This document shows positions 17,749 to 27,482 of a stretch of 64,000 bases of DNA, piece by piece; within the stretch, counting starts at the first letter, position 1, and each line of letters begins with the position of its first letter. This stretch comes from Planctomycetota bacterium (GTDB taxonomy: Bacteria; Planctomycetota; UBA1135; GCA-002686595): assembly GCA_002720975.1 (NCBI GenBank), contig PBIX01000007.1, positions 58,251 through 122,250 on the forward strand, given 5' to 3'. The translations under genes and the position numbers were made by a program. The notes below the pieces were generated by a model that was not told the DNA's origin, ran no database searches, and saw nothing but the letters and a program-made list of their open reading frames with translations.

Positions 17749-18813
17749 ATGACCCTACCCATTCTTGATGCCATGGCCCAAGAGGGCTTCGAGAAGGTCC
17801 TGGCCGTCCACGACCGCCATTCGGGCCTCAGAGCGTTCGTGGCTATCCACAACACCGCCAGGGGACCGGCCTTCGGAGGAGTCCGACGATTTGCATATCG
17901 GGACGAGCATGACTCCCTGATGGATTGCATGCGGCTTGCCCGAGCCATGACGTACAAGTGTGCCCTGGCGGATCTGCCTGCTGGTGGCGGCAAGGTTGTG
18001 GTTCTGGAATCAGGTGGCGAAGACTGGGAGGGGGCCTACCGCCATTTGGGAGGCATCGTCGAACAGCTCGGTGGCACCTTCTACACGGGGCCGGACGTGG
18101 GTACGGGCGAGCAGGAGCTGCGCTGGATGACCGGGCGGACCTCCTACGTGACCGATCCTGGTGAGGGCGGGCCGGGGCTCCTGCCCGAGTGCACGGCACA
18201 GGGCGTCTTCTTTGGCATCGGGGCAGCCCTGCGTCATCTCGATGGTGAGGAGGACTGGGCTGCTCGAAAGATCGTCGTGCAGGGGCTCGGGTCCGTGGGC
18301 ACCGTGCTCGCCAGGCTTCTTCTCGCCGAGGGGGCGCAAGTACTGGGTGCGGACCTCGACGAGGAGCGTGGCCAGTCGGTGGCGGCCGAGCTGGGTCTTG
18401 AACATCTCGATGCCTCCACGGTCCTCGATCAGGAGTGCGATGTTCTGGCACCCTGTGCCATGGGGGGCCTTGTACACGATCTGACCTTGGATCGTCTGGG
18501 TTGCCGAATCGTGGCGGGCGCCGCAAACAACGTGCTTGCACGTTCTCTGCATGGGGATGAGTTGCACGATCGGGGCATCCTCCTTGTACCTGACTTCGTG
18601 TTGAACTCCGGGGCACTCATCCGGGGCGCGCACTTCCACTTGGATGCCCGCCGGGTGGAGCCTGAAGAGATAGGGCGGGGTGTGGGGCAAACCGTACAGG
18701 GAATACTGGAGCGGGCGAGCGAGCAGAATGCTCCGCCCACCCGGGTTGCCGCCGCGATCGCGGAAGAGCGGATCGCGTCCTGGGATCTGACTCAACCGAC
18801 CTCAGCCCCTTGA
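17749..18813 (+). CDS. Leucine/valine/phenylalanine dehydrogenase (Glu/Leu/Phe/Val dehydrogenase family)
   Basis: From ATG 17749: MTLPILDAMAQEGFEKVLAVHDRHSGLRAFVAIHNTARGPAFGGVRRFAY.... The catalytic region is DLPAGGGKVVV and the Rossmann motif is VQGLGSVGTVLA. Confidence 0.8.
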   Translation: MTLPILDAMAQEGFEKVLAVHDRHSGLRAFVAIHNTARGPAFGGVRRFAYRDEHDSLMDCMRLARAMTYKCALADLPAGGGKVVVLESGGEDWEGAYRHLGGIVEQLGGTFYTGPDVGTGEQELRWMTGRTSYVTDPGEGGPGLLPECTAQGVFFGIGAALRHLDGEEDWAARKIVVQGLGSVGTVLARLLLAEGAQVLGADLDEERGQSVAAELGLEHLDASTVLDQECDVLAPCAMGGLVHDLTLDRLGCRIVAGAANNVLARSLHGDELHDRGILLVPDFVLNSGALIRGAHFHLDARRVEPEEIGRGVGQTVQGILERASEQNAPPTRVAAAIAEERIASWDLTQPTSAP

Positions 18814-18858
18814 ACCTCTTGTGCTAGCACACTATTCACTTTGAGCGGGTTATCGACC

Positions 18859-19878
18859 ATGTGCACCACTTCCATCCTCAAGACCATGACGATCACCGGA
18901 TGGCTGGTTGTAGGAGCCGTTGCAGGCATCTCCTCCACGGCGGACCGGGGTTCAGATGGAAGCCTGCTCGTGGAGCGGGCAGGGGGACTGGCTTTCACGA
19001 TCCCCGAAGCGGAGACCCTGTCCTTCGAGGTCATCGTGGACATCCCGCTTGTGGGTGCGACCGGTTTGGGCTCATTTGAGTTGGTTTCCGGCACGGAGGC
19101 CCATCAGGCGTCGGTATTTGAGCCCACGGAGGGCGTAGGGGGGCAGGCTCCCCGCGCAGGGTGGATCAGGGGAAGCGCCAGCGGTGCCTGTTTGAACTAC
19201 GTGCTCAAGCACGAGATCGACCTGCGTGTACTTCCGCAGGAATGGCCACGAGTGATCTACCGTGACACCCAGAGCGGCACCGAAAATCGGCGGCGTGAGC
19301 TGATGTATGGGTTGCGGAACGGACAGCCGACTTCGCTCTACAGGCGGGACGGGCATTGCGTGAGCGAGACCTGCGAACGTCCCGAGCACCGGGTCGAGAA
19401 AACCTGGCTGCGAAAGGAGCATCACTGCAACAAGTGCAAGCGCGGGGCTCATCGCGACTGGCGCAAGCCCACAGTGCAGGAGATCCCGGTGGACAGCGTC
19501 GACATGTTGAGCGCTGTGTTCCTTGCGCGCAGCATGGTGCAGAACGATCTGGGAGAAGTGAAGTTCCCGATGTTGGACAAGGACCGTTGGTGGGACGTCA
19601 CCTTGACCCTCGGAGAGAGCCGGCGCATCGTCACCAAGGCCGGCACCTTTGAGTGTCGCGCTGTCAAGATGACCCCCGTTCTGCCCTCGGGCAAGAGCGA
19701 GAAGTTCAAGGGGCTGTTCGGCATTCACGGCTCCCTCGCCATCTGGCTGGAGAAAGGGACGGGGGTGCCCGTCTCCATCGAGGGCGTCCTGCCCGCCGGC
19801 CCCTTGGACGTGGGCATCAACCTGCGCTTGAAGGGCTTTCGGGGTACGCCTGAGGAGTTCGCTTCCGTGAGCCGCTAG
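18859..19878 (+). CDS. Hypothetical secreted protein, possibly DUF3108-like
   Basis: N-terminal hydrophobic segment (MTITGWLVVGAVAGISS), then ETLSFEVIVDIPLVGATGLGSFEL. The C-terminal GSLAIWLEKGTGVPVSIEG resembles DUF3108 from memory only. The start is ambiguous (18841 TTG, 18859 ATG or 18886 ATG). Confidence 0.4.
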   Translation: MCTTSILKTMTITGWLVVGAVAGISSTADRGSDGSLLVERAGGLAFTIPEAETLSFEVIVDIPLVGATGLGSFELVSGTEAHQASVFEPTEGVGGQAPRAGWIRGSASGACLNYVLKHEIDLRVLPQEWPRVIYRDTQSGTENRRRELMYGLRNGQPTSLYRRDGHCVSETCERPEHRVEKTWLRKEHHCNKCKRGAHRDWRKPTVQEIPVDSVDMLSAVFLARSMVQNDLGEVKFPMLDKDRWWDVTLTLGESRRIVTKAGTFECRAVKMTPVLPSGKSEKFKGLFGIHGSLAIWLEKGTGVPVSIEGVLPAGPLDVGINLRLKGFRGTPEEFASVSR

Positions 19879-19895
19879 GGGAGTGCTCGCCGGCC

Positions 19896-20966
19896 CTAGT
19901 CTCGGACAGGCTCGGGCACGATGGTCGCGGTCGCCGGTCCGTCGTCGAGGCGGAAGACGGTCCCCGCATCCTGATGGTTGCGCTTTACGTAGGCCAGTAG
20001 GAGACCGCAGTCGAGCGCGAAGGAGTAGGCCCAGGAGGTGCTCACCCCCAGATCGCGCCACTCGCCATCCACCTCGCGCCACAGGCGCGTTCCTGCCACA
20101 ACGGGATCGTCATGATCCACCCGCAGGGCCATCAGGCGCTTGTTCAGCCCGCCGTAGGTGTCGATCTTGGCAACCACTTCCTGACCGATGTAGCAGCCCT
20201 TGGTCAGGGAGAACGCCGCCTCGAGACGTGCCTCTTGTGGGTAGACCGTGCTGTCAACGTCTACACCCCAGAGGGGTTCGATGGCCTCCAACCTGAGGCT
20301 GTCGCGGGCTACCAATCCTCCCGGCACGGCGCCACTGCTGGCCAGCGTCTCCCAGACCCCGAGCATCTGTTCGGGACGACCATCCAGTCGCCAGCCCACC
20401 GCGCCCAATATGGGCAGGTTCGTAATGCGCAGGGGGCCCCAGTCCGACTCGACGGTGTCGAAGTGGTGCAGGAGTGCTTCGGGGACCTCACCCATCACCG
20501 AACCAAGGACGCTGCCGGCGTGGGATCCGACCATGTCGATGGGTGCATGGCTTTGTGACTCATCCGACAGCTTCACGTCTTCAGTGAAGATGTACGTGTC
20601 GAGGGCCGCGATGAGCTCTGTAGCTTGACCCGGGGGCGTAGAGAGTTCGAACCGATCTTCGGTGCTGCGTGCCAGGTCGAACATGTGCTGCACCTTGCCC
20701 TTGCTGTCGAGTAGGAGGCCCGCATTGCCTTGCCCCACTCCCATCGCGTGCACCTCGCAGGAGGTGATGCGGTGAAGAAACTCCAGGGCATCCGCACCGC
20801 TCACGTGGACCATTCCCCTGTCGGTGCAATCGAGCAAGATGGCATCGTCGAGCCCTGCGCGGTATTCGCCGGGAACATCGCCGTAGGTCAGCAGGGTGCT
20901 ACCTGCTGTACCAAGCATCCGGGCTCCGGCGCGCTCGTGGTAGGGGAGGAGAGGGGAGTCCATCAT
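19896..20966 (-). CDS. Folate-binding YgfZ/GcvT-family aminomethyltransferase-like protein
   Basis: Contains the signature TKGCYIGQEVVAKI (KGCYxGQE) and GcvT-like N-terminal text (GMVHVSGADALEFLHRITSCEV). Start taken at the ATG-ATG pair at 20966. Confidence 0.75.
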   Translation of the reverse strand: MMDSPLLPYHERAGARMLGTAGSTLLTYGDVPGEYRAGLDDAILLDCTDRGMVHVSGADALEFLHRITSCEVHAMGVGQGNAGLLLDSKGKVQHMFDLARSTEDRFELSTPPGQATELIAALDTYIFTEDVKLSDESQSHAPIDMVGSHAGSVLGSVMGEVPEALLHHFDTVESDWGPLRITNLPILGAVGWRLDGRPEQMLGVWETLASSGAVPGGLVARDSLRLEAIEPLWGVDVDSTVYPQEARLEAAFSLTKGCYIGQEVVAKIDTYGGLNKRLMALRVDHDDPVVAGTRLWREVDGEWRDLGVSTSWAYSFALDCGLLLAYVKRNHQDAGTVFRLDDGPATATIVPEPVRD

Positions 20967-21157
20967 TGGAGCTTCGCAGCTTGGGTCCGGGGGAAGAGTA
21001 ACCTCCGCGGACCACAGCGGAAGCCTCCAGCCCTCGATGAACCAGACCCACGGTCGCTCTTGACGCTCACGCCTGCATGGGGACACTAGGTGCCCCCAAT
21101 GTCCCCATCGAACCGGCTCGGCGCTGGAATGGGGCCCTTGTTCCGCTCACCTCTACG

Positions 21158-22222
21158 ATGCCCCGTCCCTGCTCCCTTGTATTCCTGGTCAGCATCGGCC
21201 TCGCCTCGTCTTGCGGGTTTGACCCGGCCGTAGGGGTTGATTCCATGGGGCTCTCAGCCGAGTCCTTGGAGCTGTTGCAGGAACAGAGCGCGTCACCTGA
21301 GATCGAGGCTCAACTACGTGATGTCCTCAACGGGCAGTTCGGGTCGATCCTGTCGCCCCGGTTTCCGGACGTACTTGCGGCAGGGGGCCTGGCAACGGGC
21401 TCCGAATTGGAGGCCGCCACGAGGCTCTATCGCGGTCAGTGCATGCACTGTCACGGGGTTGAGGGTGGTGGGGATGGTAGCAGCGCTTTCTTCCTTACCC
21501 CCCCGCCCACGGATTTCCGACCTGGCACCTTCAAGTGGATGGCATTGGAGCGCAATCACCCTCCTCGCATTGAGGACATCGAGCAGACGTTGCGGCGTGG
21601 AGTTCCTTTTACCTCCATGCCTTCGTTCTCACGCCTCACGGACCTGCAGATCACTGGCTTGGCGCAGGTTGTGCGGTGGCTTGCCGTGCGCGGCCAGGTT
21701 GAGCGCTGGCTGGTGGCTGAGTGGGTCCAGGGTGGTGGAGATGAACTTGCGGAATCCGCAGTTGAAGCTGTGGTTGCCGCCGTGGCGGAGGGTTGGAACG
21801 AGTCGGACCAGCATCTGGTGCTTCCCGTTGAGGAGCCGTCTCCAGAGGAGATGGACGCCGAGCGCATCGCACACGGCCGTCGCCTCTACTTTGGTGAACA
21901 GGCCCGATGTTCGGCCTGCCACGGACAGGAGCTGGAAGGAGATGGGCCAGCGGTCTTCCAGGCAATCACCGACCAGGATGGTGCGTCCCGTGAAGAGCGC
22001 GTGCTCGATGAGTGGGGCATTCCCAGTCGCCCGCGCGACCTTCGGCAAGCAGGGTTTCGTGGTGGCTCCTCGCCCTTGGATCTGTACCGTCGCATTCGCG
22101 TCGGGATAAGCGGTTCGATCATGCCGGGTGCAAGTGAAGCCCTGGACGACGATGCCGTTTGGGACCTGGTGTACTTTGTGTTGAGCGAGGCGGGCCTGCA
22201 CCCGCTTGGGGAGGACCGATGA
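21158..22222 (+). CDS. Diheme c-type cytochrome lipoprotein
   Basis: Two CXXCH motifs (CMHCHG, CSACHG). From ATG 21158 the N-terminus is MPRPCSLVFLVSIGLASSC/GF (lipobox). The stop overlaps the ctaA start (ATGA). Confidence 0.7.
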   Translation: MPRPCSLVFLVSIGLASSCGFDPAVGVDSMGLSAESLELLQEQSASPEIEAQLRDVLNGQFGSILSPRFPDVLAAGGLATGSELEAATRLYRGQCMHCHGVEGGGDGSSAFFLTPPPTDFRPGTFKWMALERNHPPRIEDIEQTLRRGVPFTSMPSFSRLTDLQITGLAQVVRWLAVRGQVERWLVAEWVQGGGDELAESAVEAVVAAVAEGWNESDQHLVLPVEEPSPEEMDAERIAHGRRLYFGEQARCSACHGQELEGDGPAVFQAITDQDGASREERVLDEWGIPSRPRDLRQAGFRGGSSPLDLYRRIRVGISGSIMPGASEALDDDAVWDLVYFVLSEAGLHPLGEDR

Positions 22223-23322
22223 ATTCTCAGGGCCAGAGTCTCCGAAGGACACGTCGTGTGGCTGCCGTCCTGGCCGGGACGACCTTCCTGTTGCTCCTCG
22301 CTGGGGGCTTGGTCACCACCTACCGGGTGGGCATGGCCGTCAACGATTGGCCGACGACCTTCGGCTACTCCATGCTCAGCTACCCCCTCGACGAAATGCT
22401 CGAGAACACGGGTGTCACCCAAGAGCACAGCCACCGCTTGCTGGGAACCCTGGTGGGGATCCTGACCCTGATAGTCATGGGCGTCAGCGCCTCCGCGGGC
22501 GGGCGGCTCGCCCGCACCTGGATGTTTGTTGCCCTCGGGCACGAGGTGGCTCTGGTCGTCTGCGTCGTGATGACCAAGGAGGTGTTTGGGCCCATCCAGG
22601 CGGTCTTGTTTGCTGGCGTGCTCATCGCCTTGGCCCTCTCCTACAGGCCTCCTGCCGAGCGGGCTGTACGCGGCGCCGCCATCGGCGCCCACCTGGCCGT
22701 TGTATTTCAGGGTCTGCTCGGTGGAACTCGCGTGCTGGAGAACAGCCAGCAGCTGGCCTTCCTGCACGGGACCTGCGCACAGCTTGTTTTTGTCGTCGTG
22801 GTCATCCTGTTTGTGATAAGCGGGGATGCCTGGCGTGAGGCGCGGCCCGTGGTCTCCCCTGACGGAGCGAACCTGCCCCTCTTCACCTGGTCTGCGATCC
22901 TGGCCACCTTCGTCCAGGTCGTTCTGGGCGCCTGGTTGAGGCACACCGGTGGCACGCTGCCACTCTTCTTGCACATCGTCTGTGCCCTGTTCGTGACAAT
23001 GGCCATCGCCGTGCTGTGGATGCGCCTGGGAAAGGTGCTCGCTGCCTCGCCTGAGCTCGCAGCGCTGGTCGGGGTTCGGCGCTGGCTGATCGGCTCGCTG
23101 ATCCTGCAGTGGCTCTTGGGAGTCTCGGCGCTGGCGGCCATCCTTATTCTGTCCGGCGGGTTTGAGGGTCCCGTAACGGCCGTAGAGGGGATCACGGCCA
23201 CCGCCCACGTGGGAATTGGCGCCCTGCTACTGAGCGGGACGGTCGTCTCCCTGTTATGGTCTCGGCGCTTGATCAAGGACTCGCCGGGTCCAGAGCAACC
23301 TTCTATGCCGGCTTCCTCATGA
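22219..23322 (+). CDS. ctaA: Heme A synthase (COX15/CtaA family)
   Basis: N-terminal LLLAGGLVTTYRVGMAVNDWPTTFG with EHSHRLLGTLVG (His ligand motif). About 8 TM segments and a second HxxxG-type His pair (AHVGIG). ATGA overlaps at both ends. Confidence 0.8.
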   Translation: MNSQGQSLRRTRRVAAVLAGTTFLLLLAGGLVTTYRVGMAVNDWPTTFGYSMLSYPLDEMLENTGVTQEHSHRLLGTLVGILTLIVMGVSASAGGRLARTWMFVALGHEVALVVCVVMTKEVFGPIQAVLFAGVLIALALSYRPPAERAVRGAAIGAHLAVVFQGLLGGTRVLENSQQLAFLHGTCAQLVFVVVVILFVISGDAWREARPVVSPDGANLPLFTWSAILATFVQVVLGAWLRHTGGTLPLFLHIVCALFVTMAIAVLWMRLGKVLAASPELAALVGVRRWLIGSLILQWLLGVSALAAILILSGGFEGPVTAVEGITATAHVGIGALLLSGTVVSLLWSRRLIKDSPGPEQPSMPASS

Positions 23323-24242
23323 CCCAGTTAGACTCCTCGACCCAAAGCAGCGTGCGCACCGAGACCTCGCACCTGCGTGCCTGGCTCGTGCTGTTGCGTG
23401 TGCGCATCGCCTGGATGGTGTTCGCCGTCACCCTCTGTGGAGCTCTGCTTGCGGGTGAGTGGGGCACGAGCTACGCAGCCAGCCTGGAGGTGGCCTTGTA
23501 CGTCACCCTGGTGACCGGATGTGCCAGCATCCTGAACCAGGTGCTGGAGCGGGACACGGACGCCCTCATGGTGCGCACCGCCGGGCGACCGCTTGTCACC
23601 GGGCAGGTTGAGGTTTCCCACGCTATTGCGGTGGCTGTCGTCCTCGGCTCTCTGGGCACCTACGGGCTGATCACGTCTTTTGGACCGCTTCCGGCATCCT
23701 TATCCCTGGCGACCTTGGTGGTCTACGTCGCGGTGTACACACCACTCAAGCGGGTGAGCAGCCTGAACACGGCCGTCGGTGCCATCCCCGGCGCGGCGCC
23801 GCCCCTGATCGGCTACGTGGCTCTTGCGGGAGAGGCCGGACCTTGGGCCTGGTGCCTGTTCGCGATTCTGTTCGTCTGGCAGTTTCCTCACTTCATGGCC
23901 ATCGCCTGGATGTACCGAGAGGACTACGCCCGCGCCAGCCTGCGGATGGTGGGTACGGGGCCCGATTCGGCTGGGGATGCGGGGCGCCAGGCAGTGGTCT
24001 ACGCACTGTTCTTGATGCCTGTCGCGCTGCTGCCCGCCATGACGGGCTTGGCCAGCGTGGTCTATGCGGCCGGCACCTCCATCCTGTGCGCTGCCTATCT
24101 GGGATCGTCTATCGCGTTCATGTTCGTTGAGAATCGCAAGCGTGCACGGATCCTATTGGCCGTCTCCTTGATCTATCTGCCTTTGCAATTCGCTCTGGTG
24201 TTTCTGGATCCCCGTGTGCGTCAGATGCTGGAGAGCATCTGA
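23319..24242 (+). CDS. ctaB: Protoheme IX farnesyltransferase (heme O synthase)
   Basis: UbiA-family motifs NQVLERDTDALMVRTAGRPL and LKRVSSLNTAVGAIPGAAPPLIGY. Polytopic membrane protein located directly after ctaA. Confidence 0.85.
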   Translation: MTQLDSSTQSSVRTETSHLRAWLVLLRVRIAWMVFAVTLCGALLAGEWGTSYAASLEVALYVTLVTGCASILNQVLERDTDALMVRTAGRPLVTGQVEVSHAIAVAVVLGSLGTYGLITSFGPLPASLSLATLVVYVAVYTPLKRVSSLNTAVGAIPGAAPPLIGYVALAGEAGPWAWCLFAILFVWQFPHFMAIAWMYREDYARASLRMVGTGPDSAGDAGRQAVVYALFLMPVALLPAMTGLASVVYAAGTSILCAAYLGSSIAFMFVENRKRARILLAVSLIYLPLQFALVFLDPRVRQMLESI

Positions 24243-24255
24243 GGGAGGGCTGCGC

Positions 24256-25371
24256 ATGGTGTGGGCCCAGCTTGCAGGCTCTGTAGTGTGCTTGAGGACG
24301 TTGCTCCTCTTCCTCCTCGCCTCCTTTTTCCAGCAGGGCGCGGAAGCGGCGCAGCTCTCTCCCAGCGGAGATTCTCCCCAGCGCTTTGGCCAAATCGAGC
24401 CGTTCGATTTCACCGATGCCCACGGCAGGCCGGTCACCAATCAGGATCTGCTGGGCTCTCCATGGGTGGCGGTCCCTTTCTTCGTGCGCTGCTCCGGACC
24501 CTGTCCGAGCCTGACCACCGATCTGCGCTCGCGCGTCTACGAAGAGCTGCAGGGCACGGGCGCCAAGCTTGTGTCCTTCTCCGTGGACCCGAACTACGAC
24601 ACGCCTGAGGCCCTGGCCGAGTATGCCGCGCGCTTTGACATCGACACGGAGAGCTGGCTCTTCCTGACGGGTGGCGAAGAGGCCATGGGGCGATTCATCA
24701 GGAACGGACTGAAGGTACCCCTTGACCGCGGCCCCATGGCAGAGAACGCCATCCAGGAGCCCGACATCACCCACGGCACGCGGCTGCCCGTGGTGGATGC
24801 TGAGGGCCAGATTGCCGGCTGGTACCAGGCCGCCCGAGCCACCCTTGGTACCGACCCGGCCGTGGTGGACGCAGGCTTCGATCTGCTGTTGGATCGCGTC
24901 CTGCATCTGGCGGGGAAACCTCGGGCGGCGGCGGAGACCTCATCCATGCCTCTGCTCAACGCGCTCCTGAATGGCACCGCCTTTCTGCTCTTGCTGGCTG
25001 GATGGCAAGCCATCCGTGCGGGTCACAAGGAGCGCCACATCTTCCTGATGCGGTCCGCGTTCATGGTGAGTGTGGCCTTTCTCACCAGCTACCTGATCTA
25101 TCACCTGGGCGTACAGCGCGATCAGGGACCGCGGCCCTTCAATGGTGAGGGGTGGGCAAAGACGGCCTATCTCGTGCTGCTCATCAGCCACATCCTGCTT
25201 GCGATCGTGAACCTGCCCATGGTCTTGCGCGTGCTTGTCCTTGCCAGGCGCGAGGACTGGGAAGCGCACAAGCGCCTGGCCCGCAAGACCCTCCCGATCT
25301 GGCTCTACGTCTCGATCACCGGAGTCGTTGTCTACCTGTTGTTGTATCCACTCAATCCACCTCCGGTCTGA
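24256..25371 (+). CDS. SCO1/SenC copper chaperone fused to a DUF420-like membrane domain
   Basis: The N-terminal half has the thioredoxin-fold SCO1 pattern FDFTDAHGRPVTNQDLLGSPWVAVPFFVRCSGPC (CxxxC), with FSVDPNYDTPEAL downstream. The C-terminal half has 4 TM segments (LLNALLNGTAFLLLLAG...YLIYHL...LLISHILLAIVNLP...WLYVSITGVVVY) resembling DUF420. Confidence 0.65.
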   Translation: MVWAQLAGSVVCLRTLLLFLLASFFQQGAEAAQLSPSGDSPQRFGQIEPFDFTDAHGRPVTNQDLLGSPWVAVPFFVRCSGPCPSLTTDLRSRVYEELQGTGAKLVSFSVDPNYDTPEALAEYAARFDIDTESWLFLTGGEEAMGRFIRNGLKVPLDRGPMAENAIQEPDITHGTRLPVVDAEGQIAGWYQAARATLGTDPAVVDAGFDLLLDRVLHLAGKPRAAAETSSMPLLNALLNGTAFLLLLAGWQAIRAGHKERHIFLMRSAFMVSVAFLTSYLIYHLGVQRDQGPRPFNGEGWAKTAYLVLLISHILLAIVNLPMVLRVLVLARREDWEAHKRLARKTLPIWLYVSITGVVVYLLLYPLNPPPV

Positions 25372-25907
25372 TGGCCGGGAGGAGGGATGAGTCGGTTGTG
25401 TGGGCCTCCTGGTTGGAGACCGGGTTCGGCAGCATCCTGGCGGCTACGAGTGAGGTCGGCGTGTGTTTTGTGCACCTGGTGCAAGCCACAGCGTGGATGG
25501 ATCTGGACCAGTTCTGCTTACGCCATCGTCTGGGCCCTGCGAAGGAAGTGGAGCTGGCGCGTAATAGGGTGCAACTCAGTCAGCTGCCCGAGTATCTGGC
25601 GGGCCGACGCACCGTGTTTGATCTGCCCCTCGACCTGACGGGCACCCCCTTCCAACGACGGTGCTGGCAAGCTCTGCTCCAGATCCCATTTGGCGAGACG
25701 TGCACCTACGCTCAGCTGGCCTGTGCCCTCGGCATGGCACCCGGTGCGGCACGCGCGGTGGGGCAGGCCAACGGGGCCAATCCCGTGCCCGTGATCGTGC
25801 CCTGCCACAGGGTCGTGGCGAGTGTGGGCCTGGGAGGCTACGCCGGTGGGCTGGACCTCAAGAGGCGACTCTTGGAGTTGGAGGGTGTTTCCCCGCACAC
25901 CCTGTGA
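25371..25907 (+). CDS. ogt: Methylated-DNA--protein-cysteine methyltransferase
   Basis: Active site PCHRV (VIVPCHRVV), preceded by FQRRCWQALLQIPFGETCTYAQLA. The start ATG overlaps the preceding stop by 1 nt (TGATG). Confidence 0.85.
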   Translation: MAGRRDESVVWASWLETGFGSILAATSEVGVCFVHLVQATAWMDLDQFCLRHRLGPAKEVELARNRVQLSQLPEYLAGRRTVFDLPLDLTGTPFQRRCWQALLQIPFGETCTYAQLACALGMAPGAARAVGQANGANPVPVIVPCHRVVASVGLGGYAGGLDLKRRLLELEGVSPHTL

Positions 25908-25940
25908 CACCGGCGCCGGGTCGCCCTCGTCTGGGGCAGC

Positions 25941-26900
25941 ATGCGAGCTCTTGGTCTTGGCCTCTGCTTGGCTCTCCTGGGTTTGGGTCACCATTCACCC
26001 ACGCCCGTCACTTGTGCTCTGGCCTCCCTGTCGGGCACCGAGCCGGACGAACCCTTGCGGTGGTGGGTTGCGGACCGCGCTGGTGGCCGGATCGTCGGAC
26101 TGGACGAGGGGCTCTTCGCTCAGTGGGTCGTGGCTGTGCCGTGCCCGGTGGGCGTCGTGCGCGCCGGGGATGGGTTATGGATCGTGAGCGTGCCGGGAGG
26201 TGGGCGCCATGCAGGCTCGGTCTGGACACGTCTCGACGCCTCGTCAGGCCTTGGAGTACCTCGCCGCCTGGGAGAGTATGCGGGCCTCGTCGGACTGTCT
26301 GATGGTGGCGTGTTGGGCTTGGTCGGACCCGCACCCACACGCGAGTGGATCCACCTGGACCGGGGCGGTGAGGGGCTTCGCCGCGAGGCTTTTCCGGGAG
26401 CCACCTACCTTGCCCAGGTTGGCGGCCAGGTGCTGGTGGCCAACCGGGTGGGGGAGGTGTGGTCGTTTGGCTTGGAACAGGACATGGCCGATGCGCGCCA
26501 TGTGCAACTTGGTGGGACCCCGCGCGGTGTGGCGCCGGGCCCCGAGGGTGGGTGGTGGTGGCTTGGTTCGGACGGAGAGCTCCTGCTCTTGCGAGCCGAC
26601 CTCAGCGTGCGCTGGAAGCGCTGGGTGGGAGAGCGAGCCGCATGTCTTGCGGGAGATGACAAGCGTGTCTGGGTTGTTCCGGACGATCGCAGTGATGCGG
26701 CGTGCTGGGATGTGAATGGTCGCCGTGGCGGCTCATTCACAATGCCACTCATGGGATCCAAGACGGCGTGCCTGACGCAGCGCGGCGGGGTGTTGATCGC
26801 CCTCCCCGGTGCGCTTCTGGAGTTGGGACCGGACGGGAGGCTGCTTCTCGCCCAGGCCGGGTTCGATCACCTGGTGTCGATCAGCGAGCCAGGACCCTGA
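25941..26900 (+). CDS. Hypothetical secreted protein (repetitive, beta-rich)
   Basis: Signal-like MRALGLGLCLALLGLG. Recurring G-W/V-W-V/L segments suggest a beta-propeller-like repeat. No family motif recognised. Confidence 0.45.
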   Translation: MRALGLGLCLALLGLGHHSPTPVTCALASLSGTEPDEPLRWWVADRAGGRIVGLDEGLFAQWVVAVPCPVGVVRAGDGLWIVSVPGGGRHAGSVWTRLDASSGLGVPRRLGEYAGLVGLSDGGVLGLVGPAPTREWIHLDRGGEGLRREAFPGATYLAQVGGQVLVANRVGEVWSFGLEQDMADARHVQLGGTPRGVAPGPEGGWWWLGSDGELLLLRADLSVRWKRWVGERAACLAGDDKRVWVVPDDRSDAACWDVNGRRGGSFTMPLMGSKTACLTQRGGVLIALPGALLELGPDGRLLLAQAGFDHLVSISEPGP

Positions 26901-27423
26901 AGGCCGCCAGCTGGGTCTTCGAATCGGCCGGGCTGAGGTCGATGACCTCCTCGGGTGGCATCCAGAGCACCTCGAGTTCTTCGTCCTCGTCGCATGCCAG
27001 CCCACCTCCGGGGACGACCTCAAGCCCCTGTGCCAGGAACACGTGCACCACCTCGTTGCAAAAGCCCGGTGCGGGGACGAACTCAAAGAAGGGCTCCCAG
27101 CTTGATGCCCGGTACCCGGTCTCCTCTTCGAGCTCCCTTTGGGCGGCCAGCAGAGGGGCTTCACCCACCTCCAGGCGACCTGCGGGAATCTCAATCAACC
27201 AGTCCCCCACGGGCAGCCGGTACTGGCGGACCATCAGCATGCGGCCCTGGTCGTCGAGTGCGGCAATTGCCGAAGCTCCGGGATGGGTGACGAATTGCCA
27301 GTCCTGCTGGAGTCCGGATGGAAGCGTTGCAGCCTGCCGGTACACGTCGAAGAAGCGCCCCGCGAAGAGTTGCTCCTCTTCCCTGAGAGCGATGTCCGGG
27401 TGGACGGGCTTCGGTCGCGGCAT
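26881..27423 (-). CDS. NUDIX hydrolase (ADP-ribose pyrophosphatase-like)
   Basis: Nudix box GRLEVGEAPLLAAQRELEEETGY (GX5EX7REUXEEXGU). Start taken at ATG 27423. Confidence 0.75.
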   Translation of the reverse strand: MPRPKPVHPDIALREEEQLFAGRFFDVYRQAATLPSGLQQDWQFVTHPGASAIAALDDQGRMLMVRQYRLPVGDWLIEIPAGRLEVGEAPLLAAQRELEEETGYRASSWEPFFEFVPAPGFCNEVVHVFLAQGLEVVPGGGLACDEDEELEVLWMPPEEVIDLSPADSKTQLAAFRVLAR

Positions 27424-27442
27424 TGTTGACGGGGGCAGGGGT

Positions 27443-27482
27443 GTGATTGCGGCCCCCCCTTCAGGGGGCCGTCCGCAATCAC
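27443..27482 (-). terminator. Strong hairpin overlapping the stop of the small ORF; terminator-like but without a U-tract
   Basis: gtgattgcgg (27443-27452) pairs with ccgcaatcac (27473-27482). An inner ccccc/ggggg stem closes a ttca loop. No T-run follows on the minus strand. Confidence 0.35.

Noticed and set aside
21886-23208. 440-aa minus-strand ORF antisense to cytochrome c and ctaA.
   Set aside because: Low-complexity G/Q/P/R/D/H-rich product with no motifs. The plus-strand frames encode well-recognised CtaA and cytochrome c sequences with ATGA coupling.
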